A stretch of 64,000 nt of DNA from positions 815,638-879,637 of the forward strand of contig NW_005434670.1 of NCBI RefSeq assembly GCF_000315625.1. The letters are read 5' to 3'. Positions 37,236 through 50,493 of this stretch are shown here, in pieces. Both the position numbers and the translations under genes were made by a program. The notes under the pieces are model-generated. The model searched no databases. It was not told the DNA's origin and saw only the letters and a list, made by a program, of their open reading frames with translations. Within the stretch, counting starts at the first letter, position 1; every line of letters begins with the position of its first letter. The DNA comes from Guillardia theta CCMP2712 (lineage: Eukaryota; Protista; Cryptophyta).

Positions 37236-40200
37236 ATGGAATCAGACCGCCTGCGGAAATCGGCTCTAGAATCCAGGAAGCCATGGACCCCCAGCGGAGC
37301 GCACAAGTACTGGGCCGACGCTAATGCTCTTGAGTTGAGAGCATCGTCAACACATCGGCCATGGTCGGCGGTTCAGGCTGTGAGTGATTGTTGAGCATGC
37401 CTGGACTGTTTGACTGACCGTCGTCGTGCAGCGTGTGGACACCAGGCGAGCTTTCGAGAAGAAGCTGAACTTCTCCGAGGAGGAGATCCTGGAAAATTCT
37501 CGGCCTGAGATCAAGGTGAAGGACAAGTCTGAGCTGAAAACTTTCGGTCGGCGAAAATGGAGGGGGGTGGCGAGTCTTTTCCGCTTCTCCTACAGGTCGC
37601 AAACCCTGAACCGGACAAGGCGGATGATTCTGCAAGGGGTCAAGGAGAAGGCTGTGGGGCAGATCCCAGTGTTTGCGGGGCTAGGAACGTTCACAATCCG
37701 CTCTCTCTCGCTGACTTCGCTCAAGGGAATGGGAATGCATGCAGAGGTGAAGCGGATTTACATGCAGAACAACCTCCTCACGTCGTTCGAGGGCTGGGAG
37801 TTCCAGCCCTCCTTGGAGGAGCTGCATGCTGAAGAGAACTTCCTCGAGAGCTTTCGCGGCGTCTGTGAGCAGCCGAAGCTCGAGAGCATCTGGTTGCAAG
37901 GAAATCCAATCACAAGATGCTACTGCTACCGCGTCATGGCGATCTGTGCGTTTGGCAAGAGCCTTCGGTACATCGACGGGCAGGCTGTGAAGAAGGAGGA
38001 GGCAGAGAAGGCGCAGGCCCTTGGAGCGATGGCTGCGGAGGCCGTACGTGACGGATGGCTGGTAGACACTGCACCCAATCCTGACGCGGAGTTCGACCTC
38101 AGCTTCGAGGAGTATAGGGATTTCCGCAAGTTCGCTACTCCCCTGGTGACGTGGGCAGCGGAAGACAGTGACAACGAAAGAGAGATGGCAGATGTCAGCA
38201 GACAATCGTTGAGATCCTCTCGCTCACAACCTCGCAAGCTCGGAAGGAGTCAAGACTTGTTGCCCCCCAGTCGCCATTCTGCCTCCCTGCACGGGAGCCG
38301 TTTATTGGACCAGTCCGGGTCCGACGACGAGTCGCTTCACAGCGAAGACCTACAAGGGGAGAGGAAGCGAGTGAATGTAGCTCGTCTCCTCCAGGTGTTG
38401 ACGTCGAAGAGCAAGATGCTGGAGGAGCAGCTGGGGGAGCAGCTGAAGAGTCAGGTGGAGACGTTGGACAGCATCAGGAGGAAGCCTAGCCAAGGGAAGA
38501 CTCTCGAGGTAGAGGAAGACGTAGAGGAGGACGAAGGTCTTGTGCGAGGAAACGGTTTCACAACTCCTGAGAGGAATCGAGTTCGCGAGGATGAATCTCC
38601 TCCCGGGAGTGGGTCGGCCCTGAAGAGAAAGGTGGAAGCAAGGAGAAAGCAGGAGGGTTCGGACGGCCTGTCTTCGATGCTCAAGGAATGGTCGTCGCTG
38701 AAAAGCTCGAAGAGCTCCCTGAAGTCTTGCCTGGTGGTGGAGAAGAGCCCAGTAGAGGACTGGAAGGACGGGAGGAGGAAGCAGCGGAACAGGCTCAGCT
38801 GGAGTCAGAGTCCCACAGCGAGGCAGCCGGAGGCCGCAAGAGAAAGTTCTTGGCTGGAGGAGGAAGCAGAGTCGAAGCTGCGCAGCAAGATCTTCACTCA
38901 CGGGATTGCTCCTCGCACGTCAAGAGGATTGCAGAGGACGGTGATGGAGATCTGGAGCCGCGTCCTCCTACTGAAGCAGCGGGACGAGGCGACCAGCAAG
39001 GCAAGGGACAAGAAAACCCGGACGATGAAGAGCCAGCAGCATGATGAAAGAGATCCTTCTCCGCCGTCATCTCCTCGGTCCGGATCTGAGAGGCGACAAG
39101 GAGAAGGTGGTAAAGAGGAGCGGCATGAAGGTAGGAGGCTGGAAGCTGAGAACGCTTTACCGAATGCTGGATCGTCTTCAGATGAGAAACAGCAGGAGGG
39201 CACGGAGAAGAGAAAAGGGGAAAAGCGGGAAGATGCCACGTCATCGCGACCGCTGGAGGCGATTGAAGAGCCGAGGAGAGAGAAGTCAGTCCAAGCTCGT
39301 CGACGAGAGATTGAGGAGAGGCTGCGTGCGAAGCTCGATTCGAACCGCAAGGGAGGAGAGCGAAATGGAGAGCTGGGGGTCGAAACCTCGTTCGATGCTG
39401 GCGGGTCGAAGGATGAGGAGAATGGAGTGCAGGCATTGGTGTCGATGCCGAGGCAAGGAGATGATCGTTCCGTGGAGAAGCAACTTGCCCAGCATGCAAA
39501 GAATGAGGAAGCGAAGATGAAGGAGGGGCGGGTCGACGAGGGACGCGAGTCCGACGGGGAAGGGTCATGGAGGTCGGGAGAGGAGAGTGGAGGGGAAGAT
39601 GAGGAGCATCTGCGGATGCTCTATGATCGCGAGGACAGACAACGCAGGGAAGAGGAGAATGATGCGCACAGACAGCGAGAAGTGGAGGCGGAGAGGGCGA
39701 GGAAAGCTCGGGAGGAGGAGGAGAGGGCGAGAAGGGCTCGGGAGGAGGAGGAGAGGGCGAGGAAAGCTCGGGAGGAGGAGGAGAGGGCGAGAAGGGCTCG
39801 GGTAGAGGAAGGAGGAGGAGGAGTAGAGGGCGAGAAGGGCTCAGGGACGGAGGAGGAGAACAGGGCTAGGAAGCTCGGGAGGAGGAGGAGAGGGCGAGAA
39901 GGGCTCGGGAGGAGGAGGAGAGGGCGAGAAGGGCTCGGGAGGAGGAGGAGGAGAGGGCGAGGAAAGCTCGGGAGGAGGAGGAGAGGGCGAGAAGGGCTCG
40001 GGAGGAGGAGGAGGAGGAGGAGGAGAGGGCGAGAAGGGCTCGGGAGGAGGAGGAGAGGGCGAGAAGGGCTCGGGAGGAGGAGGAGAGGGCGAGAAGGGCT
40101 CGGGAGGAGGAGGAGAGGGCGAGAAGGGCTCGGGTAGAGAAGGAGAGGGCGAGAAGGGCTCGGGTAGAGAAGGCTCAGCGGAGAGAAGAAGAGGAGGAGA

Positions 40201-43046
40201 GACACATCCAGGAAGAGTCAGCGAGACCGATGAGCCTCAAGTCCTTGGCGTACGAAGGAGGAGGATGGCAACAGCGTCCTACCGACGATCTAGTCAGCAG
40301 CGGTGGGAGGGACAGGAGAGCTGGAGGGGGGGAAGAGCGCGACTTGGATCGATCTGTCCCCCAGCTGAACACTTTCTTCTCGGACTTGGACAAACAGACA
40401 GACAAAGTGAATGGAGGCCAGGAAGAGGAGGAAGAGGAGGAGGAGGACGTTGTGCGAAAGTCAGGGAAGAAGAAGAAGAGGAAGGAGAAGCTGGAGGAGG
40501 ATGGGCAGCCCGTGCTGCTCACCAACTGCGAGGTTAGAGGAGAGCTCAAGGTAGGCAGCAAGATCGTCGCGTTCGCGAAGAGGGCGAGGAAAGTGAACCT
40601 GGTGTGCTCGTTCCAGTGGTACCGCGTGCGGGCAGATGGTGGGGAGACACTGCTGGCAGGACAGACCAAGGCGTCCTACGTGGTGGTGGAGGAGGACGCG
40701 GAGCATCGTCTCAAGGTAGTGACGTCACCAGTTGTGAAGGAGACGGGCGAGCAGGGAGTCGTGGTCTCCGCTGTCACTTCCAGCACTGTGGCTCCTTCCT
40801 CAAGGGAGGAGGAGGAGGAGCAGCAGCAGCCAGAGGAGGAGGAGGAGGAGGGAGGAGGGAGAAGGGAGGTCGAGCAGGGCGATGGGGAGCCGAAGATCGT
40901 GAGCTGGGAGTTGAGCATGAACAAGTGGCAGCAGTACGTCGAGCCGATTCAGATCACCTACGTGTACGAGGTGAGGAGGAGACGAGAGGAGGAGGAGGAG
41001 GAGGAGGAGGGGAACGAGGAGGAGGAGGGGTGGGAGAGGGGGGAGAGGTGGGAGAGATGGGGAAGGGGGAAAGGAGGAGGTGATGGAGGCGGAGCTGATA
41101 CATGGGGAGAGTTTGAGGAAAGTGACCGCGTTACTGAGCAGGGAGGACGAGAAGGTACGACGAGGATCCGCTGGTTCAGGGAGGTGGATGGGAAGGAAGG
41201 GTGCGGGGAGAAGGAGGAGGACTTTGAAGCCATCGAGTTCAGGTGGGGCCTCAGATGCATCTTGTGAACCATGTTGACATGGACTTGTTGCCAGCCAAGG
41301 GTCCACGTCCTATCAGCCCAGTGTGGATGATGTGAACAGGTAGCTGCTGCTGCTGCTGCTGCCGCCGCCGCCGCCGCCCCCCCCCCTCTCTTCTTCCTGC
41401 TGCTGCTGCCCGCTCCCTGCCTACCCTTTCCTCTGCCTCTGCCTCTTCCTCGTGCCTGTCTATCCTCCTGTGCTTCCTTTACCTTCGCTTGCCTTTCCTC
41501 ACCCACATTTCCTCCCTCTCCTCGTCTGCTGCCTCCCTCCCACCTCAAAACCCACGCCCTCATCATCACTGTCCTTCTGCTTGACTTGACTTCCTCACAG
41601 GCGCATCAAAATTTCTCTCCCCCCCGTGACATCCCATGGCCTTGAACGGCCCAATTCAAGGTCAGATAAGACAGCCTCCTCCTCCGCTATCTACCATTCC
41701 CTCCCGCCCTTCATGTCTCCTCCACACATCTCCTTCTTACCCACCTCGTCCCTCTATCTCTACATCTTACTCCATTGTACCCCTCTTTCCTGATCAGTCT
41801 CATCGCTTTCCGTCCCCCTCCCACCGCCATCCTATCATCTCAGCACTAGCTTCATGGCCTTGACACTTATCCCATCACAAAGCCAAGCGTACNNNNNNNN
41901 NNNNNNNNNNNNNNNNNNNNNNNNNNNNNNNNNNNNNNNNNNNNNNNNNNNNNNNNNNNNNNNNNNNNNNNNNNNNNNNNNNNNNNNNNNNNNNNNNNNN
42001 NNNNNNNNNNNNNNNNNNNNNNNNNNNNNNNNNNNNNNNNNNNNNNNNNNNNNNNNNNNNNNNNNNNNNNNNNNNNNNNNNNNNNNNNNNNNNNNNNNNN
42101 NNNNNNNNNNNNNNNNNNNNNNNNNNNNNNNNNNNNNNNNNNNNNNNNNNNNNNNNNNNNNNNNNNNNNNNNNNNNNNNNNNNNNNNNNNNNNNNNNNNN
42201 NNNNNNNNNNNNNNNNNNNNNNNNNNNNNNNNNNNNNNNNNNNNNNNNNNNNNNNNNNNNNNNNNNNNNNNNNNNNNNNNNNNNNNNNNNNNNNNNNNNN
42301 NNNNNNNNNNNNNNNNNNNNNNNNNNNNNNNNNNNNNNNNNNNNNNNNNNNNNNNNNNNNNNNNNNNNNNNNNNNNNNNNNNNNNNNNNNNNNNNNNNNN
42401 NNNNNNNNNNNNNNNNNNNNNNNNNNNNNNNNNNNNNNNNNNNNNNNNNNNNNNNNNNNNNNNNNNNNNNNNNNNNNNNNNNNNNNNNNNNNNNNNNNNN
42501 NNNNNNNNNNNNNNNNNNNNNNNNNNNNNNNNNNNNNNNNNNNNNNNNNNNNNNNNNNNNNNNNNNNNNNNNNNNNNNNNNNNNNNNNNNNNNNNNNNNN
42601 NNNNNNNNNNNNNNNNNNNNNNNNNNNNNNNNNNNNNNNNNNNNNNNNNNNNNNNNNNNNNNNNNNNNNNNNNNNNNNNNNNNNNNNNNNNNNNNNNNNN
42701 NNNNNNNNNNNNNNNNNNNNNNNNNNNNNNNNNNNNNNNNNNNNNNNNNNNNNNNNNNNNNNNNNNNNNNNNNNNNNNNNNNNNNNNNNNNNNNNNNNNN
42801 NNNNNNTGGAAGTTGAGAGGGGGAGGGGGCGAGTTGGTAGGAGGCAGGCAGGTAGGCAGGCAGGTTGGCAGGCAGGAGGAGGAGGAGCAGCTGCAGCAGG
42901 AGGAGGAGCAGGATGAGGAGGAGCAGGAGCAGGAGGAGGAGGAGGAAGAGGAGGAGGTGATTTGGGTGATGGTTGATGGGCAGGTGGCGGAGAGCTTGAT
43001 AGCACGTGACATCGTCTTGCTGACCCTACGAGGCCTCATAACTTAG
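37236..43046 (+). CDS. AIR9-like microtubule-associated protein (LRRs + charged region + A9/Ig-like domains); spans an N gap
   Basis: LRRs (IYMQNNLLTSFEG, LHAEENFLESFRG, IWLQGNPI..YRVMAI..LRYIDG); A9-like FQWYRV..SYVVVEEDAEHRLKVVTSP and YEGGREGTTRIRWFR; AIR9-like C-terminus VAESLIARDIVLLTLRGLIT*. Confidence 0.75.
39690..40170 (+). repeat. Coding ~30-bp tandem repeat (EEEERARRAR)
   Basis: GAGGAGGAGGAGAGGGCGAGAAGGGCTCGG units. Confidence 0.9.
41893..42806. other. Assembly gap (914 N)
   Basis: Run of N. Confidence 1.
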
Positions 43047-43226
43047 CTCAGAGCTCCTCTTGTACATACCCATGAACATGAAGCAAATAAACTTAAACAA
43101 GATCTGCGTTGAAGGGATGGGACTAGGATGGAGGTCTAGTGAATGCAAGACGGCACAAGGAGGAGGAGGAGGAGGAGGAGGAGGAGGAGCAGGAGAATAA
43201 CAAGTTGCGGATCGAGGGTCAGATCT

Positions 43227-44380
43227 CTACTTTCTTATCTCCACCACTATCTTTCCTCCCGCATGTCCCTCCCTGGACTTGGCGAAGGCGGCGAGAGCGT
43301 CCTCGAAGCTGAACACCGAGTCGATGACCGGCTTCACCTGACCCCTCCCCATCGCCTCCGCCAGGACCCCCATCAGCTCCCCGTCCCCTGCCCCGATGAC
43401 GTGAAAGAAACTGCCGCCCCTCCTCCTGCACAGCGACCTCAGCCCAGCAGCACCTGAGAAGAATTCCACCAGCTGCCCTCCCCAGCTGCTCCTCAACACC
43501 ACCTCCACCCCCATGGTGATGCTTCGGGGATCCACCCTTGCGTCGTCGAGCCAGGTCAGAAGAGCGTCCTGCGTTCCCCCAGCTACGATTGAGCAGAGAC
43601 TACCCCCCTCCTTGAGCAGCCGCGCGCACCTCTTGGCGTCCCCAACACAGTCAAGCACGACGTCGAAGCTGCAGCCCTCCTCCTCCAGCTTCTTCACCCA
43701 CTCCTCGTGGTAGTTCACCACCCTAGCTCCCAGCTCCTCGCACAGGGTCGTCTTCCTCCCCGGCGACGCTGTCGCCACCACCTCCGCTCCCATCATGTTG
43801 CGAACGATCTGGATCGCCACTGTGCCGACGCCTCCTGCTCCTCCCGCCACCAGCACGCGCGGGTGATCCTGCGATCGCTCCTGCAGCCTGCAGGCTCGGA
43901 AGGCCTTGAGGGCTGTGATGGCAACGAGGGGGAGGCTCGCGCAGTCCACATGGGAGAAGGAGGGAGGGCAGGCAGCGCAAACGTCCTCGTCCACTACCAT
44001 GTACTCTGCCAGCGCTCCCCTGCCCAGCTGTGGGAGGCCTCGGATCATACCGAAGACTCGGTCACCTGCGAGCACGGGAGTGACTGAGAGTGGGAGCGAA
44101 CCGTAATGCACAGACCTTCCTTCCACCGCCCTCCTGCTCCTGCTCCTCCAACCTTTACGACCTCCCCAGAGAAGTCGAAGCATGGCACGCGCGGCCATCG
44201 CATCCGAAGAAGCCAGTCATGCGCGCCATCCATCGTCTTCCAGTCGATCGGGTTCAGGGACGCAGCATGCACGCGAACCAACAGCTCTCCCTCCCCAGCC
44301 GTGGGAATCTCAATCCCCTCCTTCCCGTCCCATCCCCGCGGCTCCAGGCGCCCTCCTCTCCTCCATGTCCAGGCCTTCAT
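43227..44380 (-). CDS. NAD(P)H-dependent MDR-family (quinone-oxidoreductase-like) oxidoreductase; 2 exons
   Basis: LVRVHAASLNPIDWK..FDFSGEVV|GDRVFG..GALAEY..VLVAGGAGGVGTVAIQ..VIDSVFSFED..GHAGGKIVV. Confidence 0.9.
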
Positions 44381-44606
44381 CCGTCCTGCCTCGTTTCCTT
44401 CGCCTGCTCTCAGCTCAGCATCGTCCTCGCCCTCTCTCCCTCTCCCCTTCTGCCTCTTTCCCACTCCCTTCCCCTCCCTTCCTGCCCTCTCCCTCTCCCT
44501 CTCTCTCCTTCTTCGCCTCCATCACCTCCTGCCATTTTGCTGCTTTGGGTGCCAGGCCTTGCGACTCCTGAGGCAAATTGCGAATTTCCATTCCACCAGC
44601 ACCAAC

Positions 44607-47500
44607 ATGACCATGGCGAGGCGCTTGGCGCTTGTCATGGCAGGGATGGCGATGGCGAGCGCCAACCTGAGAGGAGGAGGAGGAGGAGGAGGAGGATGCA
44701 GGCTTCGAGGAGGACTGCAAGCTGAGGAGCCGAAGGGAGCGCTGCCGCTGCCATCGAAGCTGAACAGGAGAGAGAGCTCTGGCCTTTGGGCTTCGCCATG
44801 GGGCACAAAGGGGCAGGGTACGGAGGACGATCGCAGCTTGAGAGGCACATGGACGAGCATGCGGAAGAGGATGGCGTACCTGGAGTACCGCTTCTCCAAC
44901 ATCGTCGTCTCCTCCAACACGGTCAAGGCAGCGTTCATCTTCAGCATCTCCCTCGTCCTCGTCGTCGTTGGCGGACTCATCCTGCGGTGTGTGGGGAACG
45001 TCGGCTCCTGGAGGAATGCGCTCTTCAAGGCCTACGCCCTTCTCAACAACGCTCCTGGCATCGACGCGGTTTCCGAGGAGTCCACGGGGTACCTGGTAGC
45101 TGCCAACGTGCTGTTCGTGTCCGGTATTTTCACCTTCGCCGTCATCCTCGGACTCGTCACTTCCTCCATCGAGATGTCAGTGCAGAACATCCTTGAGGGG
45201 AACTACAGGATCGTCGAGGCCGGCCACACCCTCCTCCTCAACTGGAACAGCAGAACGACCCCCCTTCTCCGGCAGCTGGCAGAGGCCGTGAAGGACGGGT
45301 ACTCCGCCCTCCCCATCGTCATCCTTGCGCAGATGGACGGGAAGGAGATGCGGCAGAGGATCCAGGAGAGCCTGAGAGACGTCTACCTCCCTATCAGCGT
45401 CAGAGCAGGCAACCCGTGCTCCCTCAACGAGCTGCAGGACGTCTGCGCCGGGGAGGCCAGCCACGTCCTGCTCCAGTACCCTGAAGGAGAGGAGGACGAG
45501 GAGAAGGTCCTGTCGACGCAGGTCGCATGCGTGAGGACACTGCAGGAGAAGCATCAGCCCATGAAGAGCATGGGATACAAGCTCCACGACCTGCACGGCG
45601 TCATGGTCTCGTCCTCCCGGCTGGAGCTCGCCCCCGAGCTCGGGTTCGTCCCCGTCCTCCGCAACGGGTTCACACAGCAGGTGATACGAGCATGCATGAC
45701 GCTGCAGGGCATCACCGACGTGTACGAGGACATCCTGCATGCGGGAGAGGGGAGCCAGATGTACGTTCTCTCCTCCTCCACCTGGTCATGGCTGGAGGGG
45801 AGGACGTTCGGGGAGGCCAGGCGGCTCTTTCCTTCAGCGGTGCTGCTGGGATGGATAGAGGACGGGAGCAAGAGGATTCAGCTGATACCCGACGGAGAAG
45901 AGACAGTTCCTGGCAGCAGCCTGCTCATTCTGCTGTCCAGCGACCACAGCATCCGGTGCAACAAGCAGGTGGTGGTGGGCAAGGATGAGATGGAAGGGAA
46001 GGGGAGGACGAATGAGCAGGAGGAGCAGGACACCCAGAGGAAGGAGAGGGTAGTGAAGAAGCTTGAGAGGTGCTTCTCTTGCATGAAGAAGAAGTTTGCC
46101 CTCCGCGTCCTCATCCTCAACATGGGGGAGGAGGAAATGCTGCTGCAGAGCATGGAGGAGAGTCTGGCGCCCGGCTCCTCCTTGGTCGTCCACTTCTCAT
46201 CCTCGGACAAGTCTGAGGGGCAGGAGAAGGCGATCAGAGAGATGGGACAGAGGAGGAACATCTCGACCGAGCTGCTCTACGGTGGGTTCCTCACCATGGA
46301 GAAGCTCAGGGAGGTGAGGGCTGCGGAGTGTGACGTCGTCATCAGCCTCCCCTCCGCCTCCTCCAGCGCCGCCGACACCAACGATGCTCAGCTAGTCGCC
46401 CTTGCCAAGGTTGGCTAACTGGAGATCGCATCTCCCTCCTCTCCCTCCCCTCCCTCCTTCACCTCCCTCCTCTCCTCACCTTCTCTCCTCCTTCGCCCCC
46501 TTTCACCCTCCCCTCATACAACTGACCCTTTCCTGTGGCCCCGACCCAAACCTGCCAGATTTCCTTCCTTGCATCTGCTTGCTCCTCCCCTGCTACTTGC
46601 TTGCGCAGTCGTCATCGCGTCTCACTCCAGCGCAGATGATCGTCTCCTGCCGCAGGAGGAGCGCGCGGGAGGGCGTCGTCCTTCCCCTCATGCACGTCAT
46701 CGCCTGCGTCGAGCAGCCGACGAGCGTGGAGCTGGTGGAGGAGGCGCTGAAGCAGCAGGGGATCTCCTTGGAGTGGCTAATGCCCAACGAGCTCGAAGCT
46801 GGAGCGCTCGTCCAGGTATTTCCTCATCCTCCTCCTCCTTCTCCCTCTCCCTCCCCCCTTCCCTCTCCCTCTCCTGCTCCTCGTACAATTTCCCATCCCT
46901 CTCTCCCTCTCACTTCAGTTGCAGATCCTGCGGAGCCCGTACCTCTCTTACGTGTATGACGACATTCTCCGTGCTTCCACCGCGCAGCTCACCCTGCTCT
47001 CCCCTCACGCGATCCTCCCCCACGACGTGAGCCTCCTCCTACTCCTCCTTGCTGCTGCTGCCGAATGACGTGGGAGACAGGAGGAGGTTGAGTTCGCTTT
47101 CCTCTCCGATTGCTTCTTGGAGAGGAGCGCAAGTATCCAGCAGCTTTTAGCTCCTCCTGCCTGACCTCCTGCTGCAGTTGCTCTCGGTGTGCGATGGTCG
47201 GACGGAAAGGTGGAGTTGAGGTGCAGCTCCTTCCTCCTCCCCCCCCCCGTTCCTCCCTATCTCTTCCTCACATGTCTTCCATGTTCACTTACCCCCCCAC
47301 CCTCCTTCTGCTCCCCTGCTCCTTCCTCCTTCTCTCCCAACAACTGCCGCGCTCCTTCCTGCGTTTCTCTCCTCTGCTCTCCTTCCTCTCGCAATCTAAT
47401 CAACTTCACTGACGCGTCGGTCAGTCCTGACAGGAGGAAACTCTTCAAGTTTGGCAAGAAAGACAAGATAGTCGTGCTGCAGCAGGTGAAGGGCAGCTGA
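44607..47500 (+). CDS. CASTOR/POLLUX/SYM8-like cation channel with an N-terminal leader; multi-exon 3' end
   Basis: TM helices flanking a pore-like YALLNNAPGID; FAVILGLVTSSI..ILEGNYRIVEAGHTLLLNWN (RCK start); VRAGNPC..L..V; GRTFGEARRLFPSAVLLG; VLILN; DKIVVL. Confidence 0.85.
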
Positions 47501-47520
47501 GGGGAACAGGAGGCTTTCAA

Positions 47521-50493
47521 TCAAGTTTTCAACGGAAGTGTCGGGGGAATCCACGGCCGATCTGAGAACAAATGAGGAGGAGCGAGGGGAACGAGGAGGT
47601 GGAAAGGAGACGAATGAGGTCCAAGAACTTGAACGAGGAGGACCAAGACGAAGGTCGAGAGGGCACAACAAAGGGAGGGGGGTAACGAACAGAAAGGCAA
47701 GGGGAAGGAGAAGGAGGAGGATGAGGAGGAGGAGGAGAACGGGAGTATTGAAATACTTGGAGCAATGCCTTGATCGTGTTCCAAGAATTCATGTTTGCTC
47801 CTCATCTCTGATATCCTCATGAGGGATCGCTCCCTGCTCGCAAGCTCAGCAACTGAAGATCCCAGCAAGACGACACGAGGCGGAGCATGGCAAGGAGTAA
47901 GCTCAAAAGAGCTGGAAGGGCAGAGGAAGGGGGGTATGGTGGGGATCGGAAGGAAAGGGGCAAGGATGAGCAAAGCTGACCTTCTCTTCTGCTCTAACAA
48001 CATGCGGTGCTCTGCTCTCGAGTGCGGCTTGAACTGCCGGAGAATCTCATCGTCGTTGCCCTCCACCGGCGTGACGAGCTGACGGGACAGAGGCGACGAC
48101 AGCGAGGGAGGAGGAAGTGGAGACAGTCAAGTCAGAGGCACGCAGGGAGGAGACGGAGAAGGGAGAAAGTCGTCAAGGGCTGGGGATAGGCAGCTGAGCA
48201 GCAGCTCGAAGAAAGGAGGAAAGCAAGGAGGGGACAGCAACGAGCCTCACCATGACAGGCTCTTCCTGGATCACCTCCTCCTGCTCCTCCCTCAGCTTTT
48301 CGCTCTCCGCTGAAGGAGGTTCTGAAGGACGTTCGAGCTGATCTTCCTCCATCTGCACCCCTTTTGCGCCAAGCGGGAACCCTGATTCTGATGGGAACGG
48401 ATCATCGAGACCCCAGCAGGTCAAGGAGGACGCGACCTTGCGGCTTCTTCGCTGTCAGCCACCCCGGCCCTTGCAGCCAGACCTTGACAAACACGGTGTC
48501 AAACGGGCTCAGCTGCACAGCAGCCCGACCTTGTGCGCGAGGGCGTTCTCTTCCAACTCGCTGGATCTCCTGAGGCTCTGAAGGCACTGGGATCGAGGGG
48601 GGCAACAGGGCGGAGCCGAGCTGAGACTCACCTGGGAAGAAGAACTCGCCTTGCTCGGTTCGGGGATTAGACCCGGGATGGACTCGAGGACTTCAGGGGG
48701 AGGAGCGATCTGCGGTCTAGGGTAGAAGATGAGAACAGCGAACAGCAGGAGGGAGACAGTACTCTTCCTCGACCTTGTACGAGTTCAGCTCAGCCTCCAG
48801 CGTTGACATGGCTGAGCATCCGATATTGCAGTCAATGGCGGGGAGGGAGAAGACAGAAGGGCAAGAGGAGGAGAGTCGAATTTCAGGCTCGGAAAAGAAG
48901 GGAAGGGAAGGGAGGAAGCGAGCTGATCGACCTGCCAGCATCCCGTCAAGCTCTCGAATCATGCGCTTGAAGGATTTGACGTCTTCATCCTGCGGAGGCA
49001 TCAGGCAGGGAGGGGTGAGGAGCTGTTGGACCTCTTCTTGAGACTCCAGCAAGTTGGCTTGACCCTTGGGCTCCCCCCCCTGCTGGTTCACGTCCGATTG
49101 TCCCTGGGGAATCCATCAACACAGGGAAGGAAACGCCTCCTCTGGACCTTGAGCGACTTAGAAGATCGGAACAAACTCGTGATTGATAATCGTGAGAGCA
49201 GCGACTTGCTCGGTCGGACGGATGAGGATGATTGACTTCTGCTGTTGGTGAGGCTCAGCACGTCTGGTTTGGTCTGGGAGGGAGAAAGGTGAAGTTGAAG
49301 CTCGTTCGGTTCGTCTTCGTCTTTCTGGCGAGCAGGTTTCGGTGTGGGAACAGTAAGAGATTCGGTGTACCTTCTCAGCTCTCGATATAGAGATCTTCGA
49401 AGCCATTCTTGACAGTAAAGACGAGCTTTTCTTCAACTTTGCCGCAGAATCATTTCGATCCGCTTCGAGCTTCGAGAGGTAATCTACGACGTCTTGCTGC
49501 TTCGACTGGTAGTAGAAGGATTATTCTTGACATCACACAAGTATTCCTCTCACCGCAATCGCTTTATCCACAGCCTTCTCACCAAACGCATTCAATCTTG
49601 AAATGTCGGCATTGAAAGATTCGACAAGCTCCGTCACAAGGGCTGCTTTGCCAAATGCTGCTGCCACATGAAGCTGGAAGGATACAAGTCAGAAGACTGC
49701 GATTTCTTCATCTCTGAGACAACAGCAACCCCAAACTACATCACAAACAAACACGAGTAATACCAGTCGATCGCCAGTACCCTCGCACAGCTTATCCTCC
49801 ACCGACAGTTTGCCTTCCTTAAGCTGATTGGAGATAAACTCTACATCTCCTTGACTTGCAGCGTAGAGCAGGTCGTATTTCTCTTTCGATCCCTGTGAGC
49901 TCTCTGCTGCACTTCTCAGGGCTTCCATCGCCTCAATGTTCTGGAAGACACGTGCTTTGTCCAGCGCAGTTTCATTGTATTGGTTGAGCATGGTCCTGCT
50001 TGCGCCCAAGGCAAGGAGCTCACGGATCAGAGAGGGCCTTCACATGAACACATCAGCATCGTCTCAGGAAAGCACAGCCACCTCACTTGTTATTTGTGGC
50101 TGCAACGTGCAATGCGGTGTCTAGATGAACTGGATCGATCGGAGAATCTACATGGACTCTGCCCGAGGTCACTGCTTCGGCAAAGGGCTTGATGTTTCCC
50201 TTCCTGAGCTCATGCAGGGCTCTTCTCACTTCTTCTCTAGCTTCCTCGGACACCGCATGCTCAGTCTGCACCTGATCCTGCCAGCAGCACAAAGGTCTGA
50301 GTGAAGCAAAACAAACTTTCAAGTTTGCAACAGCGTTCCTCACCTTCGAAGGCTTGGAGGGCGCGGGAAGAAGAGAGGAAGTGTCGAACTGAGGATGCAT
50401 GTAGCCCAAGAGGAGGAGGATACTTTCTCTCTCCCCCTCCTCTCCTCCTCCTCCTCGCTTCCTCTTCGCTTCCCTTGCTGCCCTCGCCGCCAT
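47521..50493 (-). CDS. Ankyrin-repeat protein with coiled-coil C-terminal region; multi-exon, 3' end uncertain
   Basis: DTALHVAATNNK, LLYAASQGDVEFI, LHVAAAFGKAALVTELV ankyrin motifs. Confidence 0.7.

Noticed and set aside
39800-39880. Programmed frameshift or pseudogenisation in the AIR9-like gene
   Set aside because: The frame change falls in a few corrupted copies of a GAG-rich tandem repeat; sequencing/assembly error or a small intron is more parsimonious.
41854-43039. 300-390-aa ORFs spanning X runs
   Set aside because: Artefacts of the N gap.
44106-44606. N-terminal 167 aa of the 770-aa ORF
   Set aside because: Antisense to the MDR gene and its upstream region; the channel more plausibly starts at 44607/44613 with a signal peptide.
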